From NCBI GenBank assembly GCA_032718475.1, contig JAUCBJ010000295.1, positions 27,981 through 91,980 on the forward strand: DNA of 64,000 nucleotides, in the 5' to 3' direction. Of the stretch, positions 48,072 through 60,399 are shown piece after piece (the first letter of the stretch is position 1; every line of letters begins with the position of its first letter). This stretch comes from Nemertoderma westbladi. Lineage: Eukaryota > Animalia > Xenacoelomorpha. A program made the position numbers and the translations under genes. A model generated the notes under the pieces. It was not told where the DNA came from. It did no database searches and saw only the letters and a program-made list of their open reading frames with translations.

Positions 48072-48307
48072 GCGGTGGCGGTGGCGGTGGCCCAGCTGCC
48101 GCGGCTCCGACGACCAACAACATGATGAATTTCGTTATACCGGGAATGGGAGGACAACCGCAGCAATATCCACCCCCCCAACAGCCGTATAGCCAACAAT
48201 ACGCCCCGCCCCCTGCACCCCAACAGTACACCCCTGCACCTCAACAGACCCAGAGAGAGAAGCCAATAGAGCTCCAAGTAGAAAAACCACCAGATTACTC
48301 AGAATAA
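48072..48307 (+). CDS. Exon 2 of the membrane-protein gene: Gly/Pro/Gln/Tyr-rich cytoplasmic tail ending in PPDY (Shisa/WBP1/CYYR1-like architecture; 180 aa in total)
   Basis: Acceptor ttttatttcag| at 48071; the phase-1 join with exon 1 is in frame with ATG 48122 through KPPDYSE*. Confidence 0.78.
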
Positions 48308-48899
48308 ATACGTTATTATTAAACAAACTAGACCTAACCTACTTGTATTATTCAGAAGCTACCATAAATTGGTGAATTCTAACTTATGTTTATTCAGATT
48401 AGATAGATACCATAAATTTGTGAATTCTCACTTATGTTTATTCGGATTAGATAGATACCATAAATTGGTGACTTCTCACTTGCTACTGAACGTACTGTGG
48501 TCAAATTATATGGGCAACTTGAACAATAATTATATATTATTATCTCTACAATGCTACAAAAAAATATTTTTGGTGCAAAATAATTTATTTTGGTGTTAAA
48601 TCATCTAATTTGGGGTGGCATTCAATTAGTGGCGATTAATAAATGGCGGCCGTTTATGCACGTTGTGGTAATATTGATGTTATACCTGCCCGTAACATCA
48701 GATAGAAACTTAATTCGTTATTCAGTATTTCTGGTATTTAGTTTATACTGGTACTATTAGAGTAATAAGTAACAAGGGTCTCATGTGAATAAATTTGAGC
48801 TGGCTGGAATATCTTATAAATGGGAATGGTTTTATTTATCTGTATTTTTCGGCGTTCAACAGAAATAGGCCAGTTTGCATTGGTTTTGGTGGTAGAACA

Positions 48900-50570
48900 A
48901 CTTAGTTCCAATCGCACACGTACCTCCATCCAAAAGAAACGAAAAATAAATTTCCAATATAAATTTTAAAATGCGAACTTAGTTCCAATTATATTAAAAA
49001 CTAATTTAGTTCCAATGCATAAATGCATGTGAGTTTACAGTAGTTCCAATGATTCCGAGTTTAGTTCCAATGAATGCGAGTTTAGTTCCAATGGGGGCAA
49101 GTTTAGTTGCAATGAATCTGAGTTTAAATCCAATGAATGTGAGTTTAGTTCTTTAGTTCCAATGAATGCGAGTTTAGATCCAATGAATGCGAGTTTAGTT
49201 CCAATGAATGCGAGTTTAGATCCAATGATTCCGAGTTTAGTTCCAATGGATAAGTTCCAATGAATGCGAGTTTTGTTCCAATGAATGCGAGTTTAGATCC
49301 AATGATCTGAGTTTAGTTCCAATGAATGTGAGTTTAGTTCCAATGAATCCGAGTTTAGTTCCAATGATTCCGAGTTTGGTTCCAACGAATGCGAATTTAG
49401 TTCCAATAAATGCGAGTTTAGTTTCAATGGGGGCAAGTTTAGTTCCAATGAATGTGAGTTTAGTTCTTTAGTTCCAAAATATGAAGGCTTAACCAAACAG
49501 CTTAAATGTAAATTACAAGTAGCTCAGAATAAAGTAGTACGATTTATTAAAGACTACAAACCTAGGCACCACCTAACTCCAGATGACTTTTCTGAATCTG
49601 GACTACTTAACTTAGATAGTAGAGTTAAGCAGCTACGCCTTAACCATGTGCATAAAGTGTATAATGGTAAATGTCCCAATTACCTAAAACAAAAATTCAA
49701 CAGAGTACGCGATACACACTCTTACAGTACCAGAGCTAGTGCTTCAAACTTCTACCTCCCGAATTGTAAATCCTTTGAATCTGATACTTTCTTTTTTAAC
49801 GGCATAAAAAATTGGAACGCTCTGCCTAATGAAATTAAAAACCTAAATAATCAACATTCTTTTAAATCTGCAGTTAAATCTCACCTCCGTGTGCAATGTA
49901 AAAATAGGTACAATAGTCCTACAGTAAGTTATTAGTTTATTAATTATTTACTATTTATACTGTAATTACGTTTTATAATAAATTGTTCTGTACATTACAG
50001 CTTTATCGTTGAGTCGGGCATTGTCACGCTCTCGGTAAAGTTGTACATGTACATAGTGTAATTACGTTTTATATTATTTTAGGTTAGCGTAGTTTAATAT
50101 TGTATTTGTAACCAAGTAACATAAAGGACCCCCTTGGAAATAAGCTGCAAAGCTTTACGGGTAATCCTATATGTTATGTTGGACAATACCATTATACCGG
50201 TACATTGTTTGGTGTATTTGTTATTGTTTTTACATAATGTATAAATAAATCTATCTATCTATCCAATGAATGCGAGTTTAGATCCAATGAATGAGCGTTT
50301 AGATCCAATGAATCCGAGTTTAGTTCCAATGAAGGCGAGTTTGGTTCCAACGAATGCGAATTTAGTTCCAATGAATGCGAGTTTAGTTCCAATGGGGGAA
50401 AGTGTAGTTCTAATGAATGCGAGTTTAGTTCCAATGAATGCAAGTTTAGTTCCAATGGGGGCAAGTTTGGTTCCAATGCATATGAATTTAGTTCCAATGA
50501 ATGCGAGTTTAGTTCCAATGAATGCGAGTTTAATTCCAATGGGGCGAGTTTAGTTCCAATGAATGCGGTT
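48900..50570. repeat. 21-bp minisatellite (gagtttagttccaatgaatgc) interrupted by a LINE
   Basis: Arrays at ~49020-49477 and 50262-50567. Confidence 0.9.
49478..50262 (+). mobile_element. 5'-truncated L2/Crack/Daphne-type non-LTR retrotransposon (ORF2 C-terminus, 3' UTR, (ATCT)n tail)
   Basis: KLQVAQNKVVRFI...VHKVYNGKCPNYL...HSYSTRAS...TFFFNGIKNWNALP..IK...FKSAVK; AATAAA followed by tctatctatctat. Confidence 0.88.
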
Positions 50571-50609
50571 ATTTAATTTATTTTATATTATATTCGGGTA
50601 GAATTATTT

Positions 50610-52182
50610 TGTGGTGGTTGTTGACTGCAGGGATTGGTGAGGAACAGTTAGGTAGTTGTCCTGCAGATAATGGGGGTGGAAGAGTTTGGTGATTGTCTTC
50701 CATGGATTGGGGCCGGAACAGTTTGGTGGTTGTCTGCAGGGATTGGTGCGGAACAGTTTGGTTGTTTTTTGCAGGGATTAGGGAGGAACAGTTTGGTTGT
50801 TTTCTGCAGGGATTAGGGCGGCACCGTTAGGTGGTTGCCCTGCAGGGATTGAGGACGGAACAGTTTGGTTGTTGTCTGCAGGGTTTGGGCCGGAAGAGTT
50901 TGGTTGTTGTCTGCAGGGATTGGGGCATGACAGTTTGGTTGTTGTCTGCAGGAATTGAGGCGAAACAGTTTGGCTGTTGTCTTCAGGGATTGGGGCGGGA
51001 CAGTTTGGTTGTTGTCTGCAGGGATTGAGGCGGGGCAGTTGGGCTGTTGTTTGCAGGGATTGGGGGCGGAACAGTTTGGTTTTTGTCACCTGGGTTTGGG
51101 GGAGGAACAGGTTGGTTGTTGTCTGCAGGGATTGGGGGCGGAACAGTTTGGTTATTGTCACCCCGGTTTGGGGGAGGAACAGTTTGGTTTTTGTCACCTG
51201 GGTTTGGGGGAGGAACAGTTTGTTTTTTGTCTGCAGGGATTGGGGGCGGAACAGTTTGGTTTTTGTCTGTAGGGATTGGGGCGGAACAGTTTGGTTGTTG
51301 TCTGCAGGGATTAGGGGGGGGGCAGTTTGGTTTTTGTCAGCATGGATTAGGGCGGAACAGATAGGTAGTGGTCAACAGGGATTCTTGGTAGAACAGTTTG
51401 GTTGTTGGCTGCTGGGATTGGGGCGGAACATTTTTGTTTTTGTCTGCAGGGATTGGGGGCGGGACAGTTTGGTTTTTGTCACCCGGGTTTGGGGGAGGAA
51501 CAGTTTGGTGGTTGTCTGCAGGGATTGGGGGCGGAACAGTTTGGTTTTTGTCTGCAGGGATTGGGGGCGGAACAGTTTGGTTTTTGTCTGCAGGGATTGG
51601 GGGCGGAACAGTTTGGTTTTTGTCACCCGGGTTTGGGGGTAGAACAGTTTGGTTGTTGTCTGCAGGGATTGGGGGCGGAACAGTTTGGTGGTTGTCTGCA
51701 GGGATTGGGGGTGGGGGGACAGTTTGGTGGTTGTCTGCAGGGATTGGGGGCGGAACAGTTTGGTGGTTGTCTGCAGGGATTGGGGGCGGAACAGTTTGGT
51801 TTTTGTCTGCAGGGATTGGGGGCGGAACAGTTTGGTGGTTGTCTGCAGGGATTGGGGGGGGGGGGACAGTTTGGTGGTTGTCTGCAGGGATTGGGGGCGG
51901 AACAGTTTGGTGGTTGTTTGCAGGGATTGGGGGCGGAACAGTTTGGTTTTTGTCTGCAGGGATTGGGGGCGGAACAGTTTGGTTTTTGTCACCCTGGTTT
52001 GGGGGTAGAACAGTTTGGTTTTTGTCTGCAGGGTTTGGGGGCGGAACAGTTTGGTTTTTGTCTGCAGGGATTGGGGGCGGAACAATTTGGTTGTTGACAG
52101 CAGGGATTGGGGGCAGAACAGTTTGGTTTTTGTCTGCAGGGATTGGGGGCGGAACAGTTTGGTGGTTGTCAGCAGGGACAGT
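50610..52182. repeat. 36-bp G-rich minisatellite, ~43 copies
   Basis: Unit gggattgggggcggaacagtttggtttttgtctgca, more diverged at the left end. Confidence 0.95.
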
Positions 52183-52331
52183 AAACCCTTCCACTCTGTT
52201 TTCTAAGTTACCGTCGTTCCCATCGACCAGTGAAAGATGAAGTCTGCGTAGAGCTAGTGTGCAGCATTGACCAAACAATGCTACAATGTCCAGGGATCGA
52301 AACTGCGGCCTCTCCAAAGAAAGTCCATTTT

Positions 52332-52423
52332 CTTACCACTAGACCAATCAAGCGGCTGCTTAGTCTACAGTAGTACACTTACCACTAGACCAATCAAGCG
52401 GCTGCTTAGTCTACAGTAGTACA
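52332..52423. repeat. 46-bp direct duplication
   Basis: cttaccactagaccaatcaagcggctgcttagtctacagtagtaca occurs twice. Confidence 0.85.
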
Positions 52424-53332
52424 CCATGTCCTGGAATATAATGTCATTATTCAGGTACCTGCCCCCCCCCCCCCCCCCCCCCCAAATCTTTCTACAAATC
52501 TTAATGAGATTTCATGAAATTTGAAATAGAGAGTTCCACCTCCCTCCTCCTTGCTGGTTGATCCAGAATTTTTATTTTCGCTTTCATTCTTTAGCCACAA
52601 GCGTTTGAAAAAAGTGTCTCCTGCGAAATTTTAAAATTCACACCGCAGTTATTCTTCACTATTACAGTGATTTGTTGGTACTATTAAAATGCTGGCAAGG
52701 ATTCCAAATATGTAACACAATGAAAATTTATGGTTGAGATATAGGTGTTTAAAACGTGCATGGTTTTGCATAATTATGTGTGAGGCCGTTTTATTCTATT
52801 TAATAAATACCCCCTATTCTGGAACATTTTGTTATTGCATAAGTAGCTACGTAATAGTATGATTAAAGAAATATTGCATTGTTGCCAAGCTACGTATGGG
52901 ATAAACAATATGTTCCAGAAAAATATGTTGAATTTATTAAATAGAATCAAATAGCCTAGCGCAGGTGCTGGGGGAACTGGACGCAATAAAAATGTATCCC
53001 TCTCCGGGGAAATTCGACGCAATTAATAGATCATTACTCTCGAAAATGAAACTGTAACCTGTTCTATTGTGTTTACTTTATTGTTTTGGTTAAAATTACG
53101 TGCCACTGTAACCTGCTCCTTTCCCCAAATTGAGAATTTAACATCGAGGCGGGATATTAATTTCCCAAGATGGGTTTGAGTCCAGTTTCCCCCCTGTCTC
53201 TGATGATGATGTGTTTCACCAACATTAATTAATTTTAAAATATATTTGTCCGGCATTCGCTTAGTTCCGCTGAAGCTTATTATATTAATTTAGACTATAA
53301 TTGTGGTGGATTCTCTCCATGATTGACCATAT

Positions 53333-54917
53333 GGGTCAATACCAACCATATTGACCAAGTCACGTACGGGACTAAAAATATACAAAAATGTAAATCATTT
53401 GAGAATGAATGGTCGGTTGGCTTTGATAATTTGATCGCCAGATACACTATAATCGGCTCCCCTCCTGCTGTGATACACTCCAACCACAGTTTGTTATAGA
53501 AAAAGCTACAACAAATTTAAAAAAAATTCGACCAAATCGGACGGAATTTGTCCGAACCGGACAAATTTCAAATTTTGTATAATGTGATTACGGGCTCATT
53601 CTGGCCATTACAATTACAATTCAGTTGTTAAACGATTAATATCCCTGCTGAGTATTATTCCGGTAAACAAATAAACGTAGCTTCGTAGTAAATTGGAGAT
53701 TTGATTTTTTGTCACATACGTAACACTCGGTAAATGATTATTAATCTAATGGCAAATAAATTGTCAAATGTGAGCCTTAACCCGATGTGTTAACACTTCC
53801 ACTCGTATTCTTCCATATGAATCAGTTAGATTGGCAATTGTAGGTGGTTAATGAGTGTATATGAATCATTTGCGTGAGCTTGTCCAAGCGAACTGATGCA
53901 GATTTAGATCATCACATCCATTTCTCTAATAGTTTTGCCATGTATGGGTTGTATCAGTTAGACTACTACTGCTACGTCAAAATTTATGTGGCCAGGTTGA
54001 AAAAACTGCCATGCCCCATAACGTGACGGCCTGTCCTATATTTGACATTGTGTTGGGGGCAGAAGTTAATCATGGTCTAAACAATTAATTACTTACATTG
54101 AAATAATGGTTGGGGGGCTTACCAGTTGCAGATAAACTGTAACCTGCTCCTTCCCCTTAATTAACAACAGACCAAATTAATTTATTACCAAATTAACTAT
54201 TTGTTGGGAATGGAACAGGAGTTGACAGTGGGAAGGACAATAAACTGGGTTTAATTTCTAGTTCGGAGGAGTTGTTAGAAGAATTTTATGATTTGTTTTT
54301 AATTGGAAAATATATGTCAAAATTTATAATAATTGTTTCCATGTAAATTCCTTCCCATACCATATCAAAATGTCCCGTACATGACATCAAAAAACTGTCT
54401 ATACATTTTCAAATTAATTTTTTGATATAAATAACGATTTTCAGTTGACCACATGGAACAGTTTTGTGTATCACATTGTTATTAGCAGGAAAAAACAATT
54501 AGCCCCACTTTTCAAGGCAAAGTTTCCCAGAAAGCGAAACTTTGTGTTGTCACTCTATGAAAAATTTATTTTTAGCGACATAATTTTTAATTTTTTTCTC
54601 ATTAGAAAACTTTCACTTCGATCTGACATCTCTTGCCCGATACATCAATACCACCATTAAACGACTGTTACTTCCCATTTTCCAGAATATTTTTTTTCTA
54701 AATTTCCTATACGTGACATAAATTTATTCTCAATTTTTGCATTCCGGAACGTTTCTCTCAATAACGGCCAAGAAATTTTTGGGGCCCATTCCGGTACATG
54801 CAGAAATTATCGCTCTTTCTAACAATCAATATGACTGATTCTCAAAGTTAATTTCAAAATTCGACAAATCTCAAAAATCACGTACGGGACATTGGTCAAT
54901 ATGGTTGCCATTGACCT
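53333..54917. mobile_element. Probable non-autonomous TIR element (~1.6 kb)
   Basis: gggtcaataccaaccatattgaccaagtcacgtacg vs inverted cgtacgggacattggtcaatatggttgccattgacct. Confidence 0.5.
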
Positions 54918-55646
54918 TATATTACGGTAATATGTTCTCCTTGACTGTTGCGTCCAAATTGAATTAGCTACCACAAAGTCAATTTCATAAAGTGTTGTCT
55001 GTTTATATAAATTAGTCCATGACCTACTATAGAAAACTACTATGAAAAAAGTGCTACTTGCACTTTTGGTGCTCTTTTAGTATATATTGATAAAAAAATG
55101 AAAATTTTGCTTCTAATCTTGCTTTCGATTACTAATAATGAATTAAAACAAACCAAAACAAGCATAAGTATGGTTTCATGGTTATACCCAAGTCTTTGAA
55201 GGGTGATGTATTTTGTGTAATTTTATCAATTCCGAAAAGTATCGAAATGGTATGGGTGCCAGGTACCCCTCGTATCTTGAAAACTACTGGAGCTATTAAC
55301 TTTTTATTTGTCTCATCTGAAAGAGGATATAATTTTAGTTAGGGACAAGTACTTTCGACGCGCTAGACCTATTGTTTTAGGGGTTCTATCTAAGAGAAAT
55401 AACTGGCCCACTAAATTTAGGGGCTTTGCAGCAGCTTGGCGGGTCGTATCTATAGTAGGTCATGATTAGTCATATAAATTGTCCGTTTATTGGCCCTTAT
55501 TAGGCAGCTGATTGATATTGAACATTACCGGTATTATATTTCGAGTATTACCCACAACTACTACACAACAACTTCAACACTTCTATACAATAATCGGATA
55601 TACAATAACATAAGAGATTACTATGTTCCGAGTTACAAACAATCAA

Positions 55647-55807
55647 TAATGAGATATGTGTTTGACCTTTTATTAACTGTGTTCGTCTCTCAGAAGCAAA
55701 AACACTAATCGAATTACAAATGAGATATGTGTTTGACCTTTTATTAACTGTGTTCGTCGCTCAGAAGCAAAAACACTAATCGAATTACAAATGTGTTTGA
55801 CCTTTTA
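55647..55807. repeat. 71-bp tandem duplication
   Basis: aatgagatatgtgtttgaccttttattaactgtgttcgtc...cgaattaca occurs twice. Confidence 0.8.
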
Positions 55808-56166
55808 GTCGGTGATCCTTATCGTTTATTTCATTTTTTGCAAAAACTAATGACAGTATTTTTCTGAAAATTGCTTTATACACCCATTCAGACCATACAA
55901 TACAGGAGGGTACTAAAAACAACACAATTGATCGGATATTTTCGGGGCCTTTCGTGTGACAAACAGACAGACAGACAAACAGACACGATTTTCTTACAGT
56001 AAGTAAATCTGAAGATTTGCAAATTACAGTATTTGAAATAACACAGTAATACAGGTCGTCCAATAAATAAAATTACACCTTACATATAAATTTATAATTT
56101 AATTACATATTTAAAGCATTAACTTAAACATATAAAATAACATATATAAACATATATACAAATGAC

Positions 56167-56300
56167 AGGGGTGATAAAGGGCCCGGGGCGATAAAGTCTC
56201 GGGGGTGATAAAGGACCCGGGGCGATAAAGTCTCGGGGGCCATAAAGGACCCGGTGCGATAAAGTCTCGGGGGCGATAAAGGACCCGGGGCGATAAGTTC
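56167..56300. repeat. Short ggggcgataaag-based tandem repeat
   Basis: Alternating gataaagggccc/gataaaggaccc and gataaagtctcg subunits. Confidence 0.8.
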
Positions 56301-57071
56301 CTAAAAACTCAGAACAGGGGGGCGATAAATTCGGATAGTTAAAATGCTATTTATAGGGGGCGATAATGTCCTGCTTCGTGGACCTTAGTAGAGTAGGCGG
56401 GCCTTCGCAGACCGGGGTGCGAGGTTCGGAGACCGATTGGTGTGTAGTATTTATTTATATGGTTTGAAAAAAAACTATAAAATAATAAAATAAACTAAAA
56501 TTAAATAACAACCAGTCAATTCAATGGCGATAAGCCAGTTTAAGTTATTATCTGCTGCTGCGGCTGATGCTTTCTTCTGCGGATCATAATTTATGAATTA
56601 TTGAGACGACAAATAAAGCGATTGACTAAGTAACTTTTAATGTTATTTCAGAAAATTAATGAAATTAACATAAATAACAAATAAGGAATAATATTCCTTA
56701 AGTTATTAACATCCAAATTTCTCCGTTTTTCTAAGTAGATATACAGTAGGCCTATCGTCTTCCCGATATACAGTAGGCCTATCGTCTTCCCTTTCTATCG
56801 CCAAAACAAAGTATAAAGATGGTTGTATTTTTATATAGTTTCAAAGGTCCTAAAATTAATTTTTCCTTAATTTAGATTTTGTAATCACGAATTTCAAACA
56901 AATTCGTAATAATATAAACTTTGTGTTATAATATAAAGTGCTGTATTTAGTTTTATTAGGAATTTCAAACATTTATTTACGATTTATACTTACTTTCTTT
57001 GGATGTAAGTTGAATAAATAGGCCTACGACAAGGGGAGTGGGTGGGGGGGGGGGGGGGGGGGGGGGGGGTG

Positions 57072-57240
57072 GGGTGTTAGGTCATTTGGTTGAGCGCAAT
57101 CTATTGGTAGTAGATTCGATCCCTACTTGGGACCGCCACTCTGTCTTTGTAGGAGTATTTGACAATTAACTTGTAGGAGTAGCGCCTACCCCTACCTTCG
57201 GGTAGTAGCTATTGAAAATGGAGCCTTCGCGTCGTACGTC
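57072..57240 (+). mobile_element. Degenerate tRNA-derived SINE fragment
   Basis: A-box-like taggtcatttgg, B-box-like gattcgatccc, and a tail gtagtagctattgaaaatggagccttcg resembling invertebrate SINEs. Confidence 0.4.
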
Positions 57241-57374
57241 ATTGTTCATAAAATAGTACTAATACTAATGCAGTACAAGTACAGTACACTACTGTTGATT
57301 ACAGTTCTTTCATTTTGATTTGTTACAAAATAAATTCTAAACATAAATAGATCTAAGTTAAACAAACAAGAATA

Positions 57375-58200
57375 ATGGGAGCGAATACTATATATTGTTA
57401 TATATTTAGTATCATTTTCTTCTGCGTATCCGGTGTATCCGCCTTGAGTGAGCATGAAATTATTCCACAGGAAATAAAGGTTGCCGCTAATGAAGAGCTG
57501 GCGGTAGCCCATTTGAATAATATGGTGACAGCGGCGATCGGTCTTTCTGCGGGAGGGCTAATCCTTATCATCATAATCGCTACCATTCTCTGCTGTTACT
57601 GTTGTTGTGGTTGCGGTTGTTGCCCAGGACGCCGAAGCGGAGTCGCTCAAACTGTTCCAGTTGTTCCAAGTTAGTATTCCTTGTTAAATGAATTTATTTA
57701 AGCTAGAGTTTTTGTATGTTATACGTGTTTGAGAGTTTTGGGTGCCTTTACATTGTAATTAATTTTCGTGGTCAGTCTAAAATTTCGCTTTAAGGATAAT
57801 TTCGCATTTCTGTTAGTATAACCTCCCAATGTATACTTATTAAATGAAAGACTTTAAGTACATTTACGCACCTGCGAGCTGCAAGTAGGCGCTACAGTAT
57901 CAGTGTCAGGAACGCAACTATTGCAACAGACGCGCTCAATAGCATAAACAAACTGACTAACAGATCTGATATTTATTTTATTTCAGGCGGTGACGCTGTC
58001 CTAACTGCCGTGGCTCCGGCGTCAAACAAAGCATGATGAATTTCGTGCAGGAATATCCATCCACCCACCCAACAGCCCACTGCATCTCAACATTACACCC
58101 CTGCACGCCAACACTACAGCCCTGCGCCATAACAGACCCAGAGAGAGAAGCCACTAGAGCTCCAAGTAGAAAAACCGCCTCCAGATGTTTCTGCATAAAT
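57375..58200 (+). pseudogene. Paralog of the 35228/48072 gene: exon 1 (57375-57669) intact, exon 2 (from 57987) frameshifted; truncated 114-aa product or pseudogene
   Basis: Same signal peptide/TM/Cys layout and splice sites; the spliced frame stops at TGA 58034-58036; the ancestral tail frame contains CAA>TAA and PPDY is changed to PPDV. Confidence 0.75.
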
Positions 58201-60049
58201 CTATTATTATTAACTTTCGAAGGCCTGTAGCGGAAGCAAATACATGCAACTTTTCAACGCTCATTATCTCAGCTATTTCCCAACCAAATTCAAACGTTTT
58301 TACATATTTGAAATCCTTGCACCGTCAGGTTTCCATTACTATAAGGTTGAAGAATAACTGCGGCATAGTAACTGGTGCAATATAGCCGGAGACACCCTTT
58401 TCAAACACTTGTACTGTAGCTAAAAATTGAAAGCAAAAATAAAAATTCTGGTTCACCCACTAAGGAGGAGGGAGATGAAACTATATCAGTTTGAAATTTA
58501 AAGCAATCTAATTAAGATTATAGTAGAAATTTTTTTATTGGGGGGGGGGGGGGGGGGGGGTACCTAAATAACGACACTATATTCCAGGACGGGCTGTCAG
58601 AATGTCCGTCAAATACAGTAGTTCCATCCAATGAAGGCCGTAATTATGCACTTATAGGCCTACATCAATTTATAATGTTAGATTACACTATAACTACTAC
58701 GATCGGCATGCTGCATTACAGCTGCAATATATATACAGTAGTATACATATATATTAAGAATGCTGTGCCGGCTCGTCGACAAAATTGTGCCGCCACAGTT
58801 CCCTATCGCCACTGACATTTGCTAGATCATCCGCATCTTCAAGGCCAGTGTCTTTTAAAATGTTGCAAGCAAGTCATGGGCTGTCACCTCTACAATTTCC
58901 ACCCCACCCCCCTAACCTCTCCCCCCACAAACTAATATGTTGATAATACAATTCGCTTTCATTTGTTATTTGCTGTTATTAGTTATCGGTATTATTGGTT
59001 GCCTTTATCGATTAGTTATCTGCTGCTAATGTTATTTCCCTATTTGTTATTTCCGATGTTATGCGCATCTTAACATAGTATGTTACGGTTACGATTTCGG
59101 TTATACGCTGTGCATATTTTTACTTATGTTTGTTTCTCATGTTTTAATTGACCAATATAATACCGGTTCAACCGGGAGTTTTACGAAATGAAAAATGTCC
59201 ACCATGCTTATTTGCTCCATGAGGCCGCCAAAGCACAATATTATGCACTGCTGGTCCTCACGGCGAAAGCAATATCCTGCAAAGCGGAGGCGGTTCCGTT
59301 CAAAGTGTCAAGCTTGGGGGAACCAATGAGACACCTCCAATGTTATATAGTGTCTGGTTGGAGATGTGTGCATTGTACTTGACACAATGAACCCGGCGTA
59401 GCAATCTTGTGAAAGTGCCATCTAGAGATTTGATATCCTCTGCAATTAGAGTCCAGCATGGACACTTTCATATAAGAGTACTGGTACTACTACAGCCATT
59501 AGTAATCGAACCTTAAGGATCCGTTTTATTCTATGGGACGTCAAAATCCTGGACAGACTATTCAAGGCTGCCCATGCCTTCCCCTTTTACGTATCCGAAG
59601 GTTTTCACCTGACTTTCGGATCCATGATCCCAAGTACAGTAGCAGAAGGCATCCACGTGCTCAATCAAGCCGTCCCTTATGATCAGACATTTCCTGAGGG
59701 CTGTCTGTTCATAAAAATTGTACACATTTATCATTACACATTTAACAGTTACTTTTCAAAATTTCAGCCAGTGAGGTGATTGAATCATGGAAAATCAACG
59801 GCCATTTTACTCATGTAGGCATATCTGTCACTCTATAGCAGGGGACCATGCAGCTATGCATAGCTACACAGGTACAGTAGCTACAGTACCTGCAGTAGAA
59901 AAAGTATTACACCGGCCACGTACCTTTTGAAATAGGCTAACTGTACTTCAGTACACAGTAAAGCAGTGTACGTAGGTCCTAGATCAAAACGAATGTAGGC
60001 TAGGCCTAGGTCAGTAGGTTGTAATAATTTTGCCCCCATTGCTGGGGTT

Positions 60050-60362
60050 GTGTACAAAACACAGACCCAAGACCCCAGACCCCCAGGTACAAAACACAGA
60101 CCCCCCCAGGTACAAAACACAGACCCCCCCAGGTACAAAACACAGACCCCCCCAGGTACAAAACACAGACCCCCCCAGGTACAAAACACAGACCCCCCCA
60201 GGTACAAAACACAGACCCCCCCAGGTACAAAACACAGACCCCCCCAGGTACAAAACACAGACCCCCCCAGGTACAAAACACAGACCCCCCCAGGTACAAA
60301 ACACAGACCCCCCCCAGGTACAAAACACAGACCCCCCCAGGTACAAAACACAGACCCCCCCA
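60050..60362. repeat. 23-bp tandem repeat, ~13 copies
   Basis: Unit caggtacaaaacacagacccccc. Confidence 0.95.
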
Positions 60363-60399
60363 GAAAGGGGGGGGGATGTATGGGTTGTTGGTAAGGCTT

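Larger units (their letters stand above)
52422..58596. mobile_element. Pair of long (~360 bp) imperfect inverted repeats, probable DNA-transposon ends
   Basis: gtcctggaatataatgtcattattcaggtacc (52428) vs reverse complement of 58559-58590; similarity continues to about 52790 and 58220. Confidence 0.55.

Noticed and set aside
50255-52317. Multiple overlapping repetitive ORFs on both strands
   Set aside because: Artefacts of the 21-bp and 36-bp minisatellites, which are open in several frames
55800-56000. Helitron-like non-autonomous element suggested by the cagacagacaaacagac microsatellite (similar pattern near 13500)
   Set aside because: Diagnostic termini and the 3' hairpin could not be located by eye
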